IMG/VR virus record: IMGVR_UViG_3300029852_000006
Direction: 5' to 3' (one strand)
Origin: a virus
Lineage: Duplodnaviria > Heunggongvirae > Uroviricota > Caudoviricetes
DNA: 10,824 bases
Shown here: positions 7,970 through 10,824 of the stretch, piece by piece
How the letters are laid out: the number at the start of each line of letters is the position of its first letter
How positions within the stretch are numbered: position 1 is the first letter of the stretch
Program-made: the position numbers and the translations under genes
Notes under the pieces: generated by a model
What the model was told of the DNA's origin: nothing
The model's database searches: none
What the model saw: only the letters and a program-made list of their open reading frames with translations

Positions 7970-8058
7970 ATATGTGTGGGCCGCGCCGTGCGGCCTATAT
8001 GCCACATACCCCGAAGCACACAAAAAACAATACACACAAAAAAATGGAGGCACAAAAA

Positions 8059-8895
8059 ATGTTGAACGAAAAAAAGAGTGACAAAAATCAAAATGTAATT
8101 TTACACTTTGAGTTTTCCGCGCCGGCGCAAAAGTGGAAACTTGCAGATAGTATCACTCCAATATACCGCGCGGCTATTGGAGCCGCCGCCGCCGCCGCAA
8201 AAGTCGCCTATGATAAACAGTATAGCGATACCCTTCGGGACCTATATCAAGCTATTAACAGATATGCCACTAGTGGAATATGGCCCGATAACAGTACGGC
8301 CGCCGCTGATTTAATCCAAACTATTGCCTTGCACTATGTTAACCTTGCAGCCGCCGCAAAACAGCCGCTTGATAATTGGGTACAAGGCGGGGATAGTAAC
8401 TTTACTGTTATACGTATATATAAAAAGAGAAGCTCAAAAGAGCTTGTACTATTGCAAGGCCCCCGCGCTGTTTTGTCGTACGGTATTAACGCGGCAAACA
8501 AATGGATTAACAGTCAACGCGCGGCGCGTATAACCGGCCGTGTTACCTATATAGATAGTACCGGCAAAACATGCACCAAAACAGTACCACTTGAAAGTGT
8601 AGAAAAGTTAACCGAAGGCAATAATGACGCAATACAGGGTAAAGGTACCGGATTAACAGAGCCGCGTTATAGTAACCCCGATACAATTCAATCACGCGCG
8701 CTGTTTTGGGAAGATATCGGTTATATTCTGCGTGATATTAAACGGGGTCAGGATATATGCTATTATACCGCCGCTGGATATACGCAGCAAGAAATTTCAA
8801 AATTATTAGATTGGAGTCAATCAAAAGTTTCAAAAACCCTTGCGACATGCCGTAAAGCTCTGTTAAATAATGGCTTTACACCTTCCACCTTCTAA
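8059..8895 (+). CDS. Phage sigma-factor-like protein (sigma70 region 4 helix-turn-helix), 278 aa
   Basis: GGAGG (8046-8050) places the start at ATG 8059 rather than 7858. C-terminus GYTQQEISKLLDWSQSKVSKTLATCRKAL fits a region 4.2 HTH; DLIQTIAL and AANKWINSQR resemble region 2. Confidence 0.75.
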   Translation: MLNEKKSDKNQNVILHFEFSAPAQKWKLADSITPIYRAAIGAAAAAAKVAYDKQYSDTLRDLYQAINRYATSGIWPDNSTAAADLIQTIALHYVNLAAAAKQPLDNWVQGGDSNFTVIRIYKKRSSKELVLLQGPRAVLSYGINAANKWINSQRAARITGRVTYIDSTGKTCTKTVPLESVEKLTEGNNDAIQGKGTGLTEPRYSNPDTIQSRALFWEDIGYILRDIKRGQDICYYTAAGYTQQEISKLLDWSQSKVSKTLATCRKALLNNGFTPSTF

Positions 8896-8914
8896 TACTC
8901 CATAATACCCCGCT

Positions 8915-8965
8915 ATACCCCGTTATGTTATCCCGAAGCTGGATAGTATAACGGGGTATTTTTTT
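8915..8965 (+). terminator. Intrinsic terminator of the sigma-like gene
   Basis: 19-bp stem ATACCCCGTTATGTTATCC / GGATAGTATAACGGGGTAT (two G-U pairs), 7-nt loop, then a T run to 8965. Confidence 0.88.
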
Positions 8966-9023
8966 GTTATGTTTTAATTGCGGATTATTATTTTAGAATT
9001 TTCTAAAAATTTTTTGAAAAGTT

Positions 9024-9054
9024 GGAATAATACCCCTGTTTTTTTTACGTTATA
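9024..9054 (+). promoter_or_regulatory. Candidate alternative-sigma promoter (GGAAT...CGTTATA)
   Basis: GGAATA 9024-9029 and CGTTATA 9048-9054 lie after the terminator and AT tract and directly before a GC-rich hairpin; ECF-like in appearance only. Confidence 0.35.
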
Positions 9055-9118
9055 GGTGTAAGCACTTACACAGCGCGGCGCGATACACAGCGCGGCGCGG
9101 TACACAGCGCTTACACCT
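9054..9118 (+). repeat. 10-bp inverted repeat enclosing a 17-bp tandem repeat
   Basis: AGGTGTAAGC (9054-9063) / GCTTACACCT (9109-9118); TACACAGCGCGGCGCGR at 9067 and 9084, partial copy at 9101. Confidence 0.9.
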
Positions 9119-9604
9119 TCCCACGCGGTCTAGTTCTGACCTAAAAATAAACAGTACATTTTGCTAAAAATGCGGGGCCTGTTATCCTAGTGAAAATGGC
9201 AGGGCGAACAAAAAACCGATTGGCTATTCGCAAGTTCGGCTTGAACGAAGCATAAATCGGGCTGAAGTCGAAAACTAGGTAAAGTTTGGGAAAGCTATGC
9301 CCTGGAAACTGTTACTTCAGACCTCCCCATGCGTTTGATGAACCTGATTCTGCAAACGGATTCTAAAGCGACTGGCATTTACACTGGCAATATCTCCAAT
9401 GTTATCAGTGTGCCTTTTTGTCCTATCTCCGATGGGGCATTGACTGCTTAAAACCGTTGGCACCGCAAAACCCCGCCGTGCAAATGAAGCGGATTCAATC
9501 ACACAAGGAGTATAAACTTGACTCGGAAATCGAATTCCGCCCCGCAAGGGGTTATTCATAAAACCGAAACAGACCGCCTTTTCGCAAGAAAGGGCGGTTT
9601 TGTC
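9055..9604 (+). ncRNA. Candidate large structured ncRNA (~550 nt), family not recognised
   Basis: No credible ORF on +. About ten nested or crossing helices plus GCAA tetraloops (see findings). 3' end predicted from the hammerhead cut; 5' end is a guess. Confidence 0.6.
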
Positions 9605-9660
9605 GTGTAAGGACTGGCTCTTATACCTGATGAGGGAAAGCATCCCCCACGGAATTGCCA
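9564..9660 (+). ncRNA. Hammerhead ribozyme, type II; predicted cleavage after C9604
   Basis: CC-GAAA (9564-9569); stem III ACAGACCGCCTTTTC-GCAA-GAAAGGGCGGTTTTGT (one bulged U); GUC triplet 9602-9604; stem I GTGTAAG/CTTATAC (9605-9611/9620-9626); CTGATGA 9627-9633; GG 9634-9635 closes a 2-bp stem II; loop I TGGC (9615-9618) can pair with GCCA (9657-9660). Confidence 0.88.
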
Positions 9661-9679
9661 AAATGAAAGGAATTTGACT

Positions 9680-10531
9680 ATGAAAACCGAACTGAAAACC
9701 ACCGATATGGCCGAACTGAAAACCCTGATTGCCACCGCTGAAAACGAAATTAAGCTGAAAACCGTGGCATATAAGGACCTTCTGGCCGCCGATGACGCAA
9801 CCCAAAAGGATCTCGCAACCGCTGAAACGGCATTGACCAACGTGATTGACGAGTACAACGAACTGAAGAAGAACGAAATTTACCTGACCTGCTATCAGGC
9901 AGAATCCCCCATGCTGGCCGCCTGCAAGTATGGCGAAATGACCAAAAAGGTGCTGAAGAAAAAACAGAATGAAAACGGCACCGTAACCATCAGTGTCGAT
10001 GACCGCAAGGCCCGCAATGCAATCGACCTGGTTGACTTTGAGCATTGCAACCCCGAAAAGGGCACTTTGGCCGTCAATGGCCAGTGGCCCTTCTATCTTG
10101 AATCCTGGCTGAAAAGCCTGGCTCTGAACCTTGGCACCGAAATTGAACTTGATGCCAAAGCACAGAATGAACTCGCCGCAAAATATAAGGATGCTGACGG
10201 CGAATTCGCAAACCTGTCCCGCAAATCGTGCAGCATGAAGAGCATGGTTCGTGACTTGCAAGCTATCGTTGATTGCATCGTGTTCATTGATTACGTTCCC
10301 AAAGAGGAACCGACCGATGAATCCGATTCCAAAAAGCCGGTAAAACCGGCCAAAAAGCTGAACGCTTTGAAGGTCACTTCCAAGGATATCAACTACATCA
10401 AAAACCGCATGACCAAGGCGGGCAAAACCGCTTTGGCAATCCGAATGGCAAGCCCGAAGGAAATGCGAATCATTGTTGGCAACGTCATGTACCACCTGAC
10501 CACTGGCAAGCCGTACACGATTGAAGCGTAA
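9680..10531 (+). CDS. Hypothetical protein (283 aa), N-terminal coiled coil, Lys-rich
   Basis: AAAGGA RBS 9666-9671, ATG 9680; strongly biased codon usage (AAC, ACC, CTG, GAA) suggests high expression. Confidence 0.9.
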   Translation: MKTELKTTDMAELKTLIATAENEIKLKTVAYKDLLAADDATQKDLATAETALTNVIDEYNELKKNEIYLTCYQAESPMLAACKYGEMTKKVLKKKQNENGTVTISVDDRKARNAIDLVDFEHCNPEKGTLAVNGQWPFYLESWLKSLALNLGTEIELDAKAQNELAAKYKDADGEFANLSRKSCSMKSMVRDLQAIVDCIVFIDYVPKEEPTDESDSKKPVKPAKKLNALKVTSKDINYIKNRMTKAGKTALAIRMASPKEMRIIVGNVMYHLTTGKPYTIEA

Positions 10532-10542
10532 AGCGTAACCCC

Positions 10543-10571
10543 AACCGCTGGCAGACCGGTTAAAGTCTGCC
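10543..10571 (+). other. H-type RNA pseudoknot in the 3' UTR
   Basis: S1 AACCG (10543-47) / CGGTT (10557-61); S2 GGCAGAC (10550-56) / GTCTGCC (10565-71); loops of 2, 0 and 3 nt. Confidence 0.7.
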
Positions 10572-10660
10572 CTTGTTAATGCAGCCCAAAAGGGAAATGA
10601 ATTGAAAAAATGAATTTCCTTCTGGATGGTCACAAGCCCATAAAAATGCAGAGTGGCAAG
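10572..10660 (+). ncRNA. Twister ribozyme, type P1 with P3; predicted cleavage between U10577 and A10578
   Basis: P1 CTTG/CAAG; U-AA site; P2 TGCA/TGCA (10580-83/10647-50); GC 10584-85 pairs with GC 10636-37; P3 CCAAAAGGGAAAT...ATTTCCTTCTGG; P4 ATG/CAT around loop GTCACAAGCC; AAAAA linker; GA then GTGG pairing with TCAC. Matches the twister pattern UAAUGCAGC...GGUyACAAGCCC...GCAGAGU. Confidence 0.92.
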
Positions 10661-10771
10661 CCGCCCGTTGTTGATTCTTTTGCGAATAGGTAGTAAAATG
10701 AAATTACATAGGGTTTGCCGTTTCGCAAGCCCAATTCCCTCGCAAAATTCAAAACGCAAAGGAGTTTTACA

Positions 10772-10824
10772 ATGGACCCAACTTTTGAATTCGATTTTGA
10801 AAACGTTGATCTCGGCCCTGACGC
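10772..10824 (+). CDS. Partial CDS (MDPTFEFDFENVDLGPD...), runs off the right edge
   Basis: AAAGGAG 10758-10764, then ATG 10772; open to the edge. Confidence 0.7.
   Translation, partial: MDPTFEFDFENVDLGPD

Noticed and set aside
7858..8058. N-terminal extension of the sigma-like ORF
   Set aside because: Runs through promoter and hairpin DNA; GGAGG supports ATG 8059.
9067..9116. 17-bp repeats as a CRISPR array
   Set aside because: Directly tandem with no spacers, too short, and no cas genes.
9165..9460. Hatchet ribozyme, pistol ribozyme, tmRNA, RNase P or group I intron identity for the structured region
   Set aside because: Only fragmentary resemblance (ATGCGGGGCC, TTAAAACC); I could not assemble the conserved core of any of these.
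9317..10759. 480-aa minus-strand ORF
   Set aside because: Antisense shadow of the codon-biased 9680-10531 gene; no RBS or protein-like features; it overlaps sense-strand ribozymes.

Overview
Segment of a large Bacillota (probably Clostridia-type; inference) phage or prophage with two divergent arms. Left arm (minus strand, 1-6726): a sigmaA-driven run of a tyrosine recombinase, an ATP-dependent RNA-ligase-like protein (DUF5565/RLIG1-like), a Bro-N/KilAC antirepressor, many small phage hypotheticals and the start of a possible replication protein. This arm shows junction scars, including an exact 97-bp duplication. Centre (6727-8058): about 1.3 kb of non-coding DNA with CCTRYRG boxes, a helically phased GCGTTT array, a purine tract and palindromes; possibly a packaging, origin or genome-end region. 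Right arm (plus strand): a sigma-factor-like gene with a strong terminator, then what appears to be a ribozyme-punctuated transcript. It runs: a ~550-nt densely base-paired, pseudoknotted non-coding region, a type II hammerhead ribozyme (cut after 9604), a 283-aa hypothetical gene, an H-type pseudoknot, a type P1 twister ribozyme (cut after 10577), a structured leader and the next gene. The two ribozymes would excise a 973-nt mRNA with 5'-OH and 2',3'-cyclic-phosphate ends, and the hammerhead would define the 3' end of a large candidate ncRNA. All RNA structures were derived by eye and are not validated computationally.
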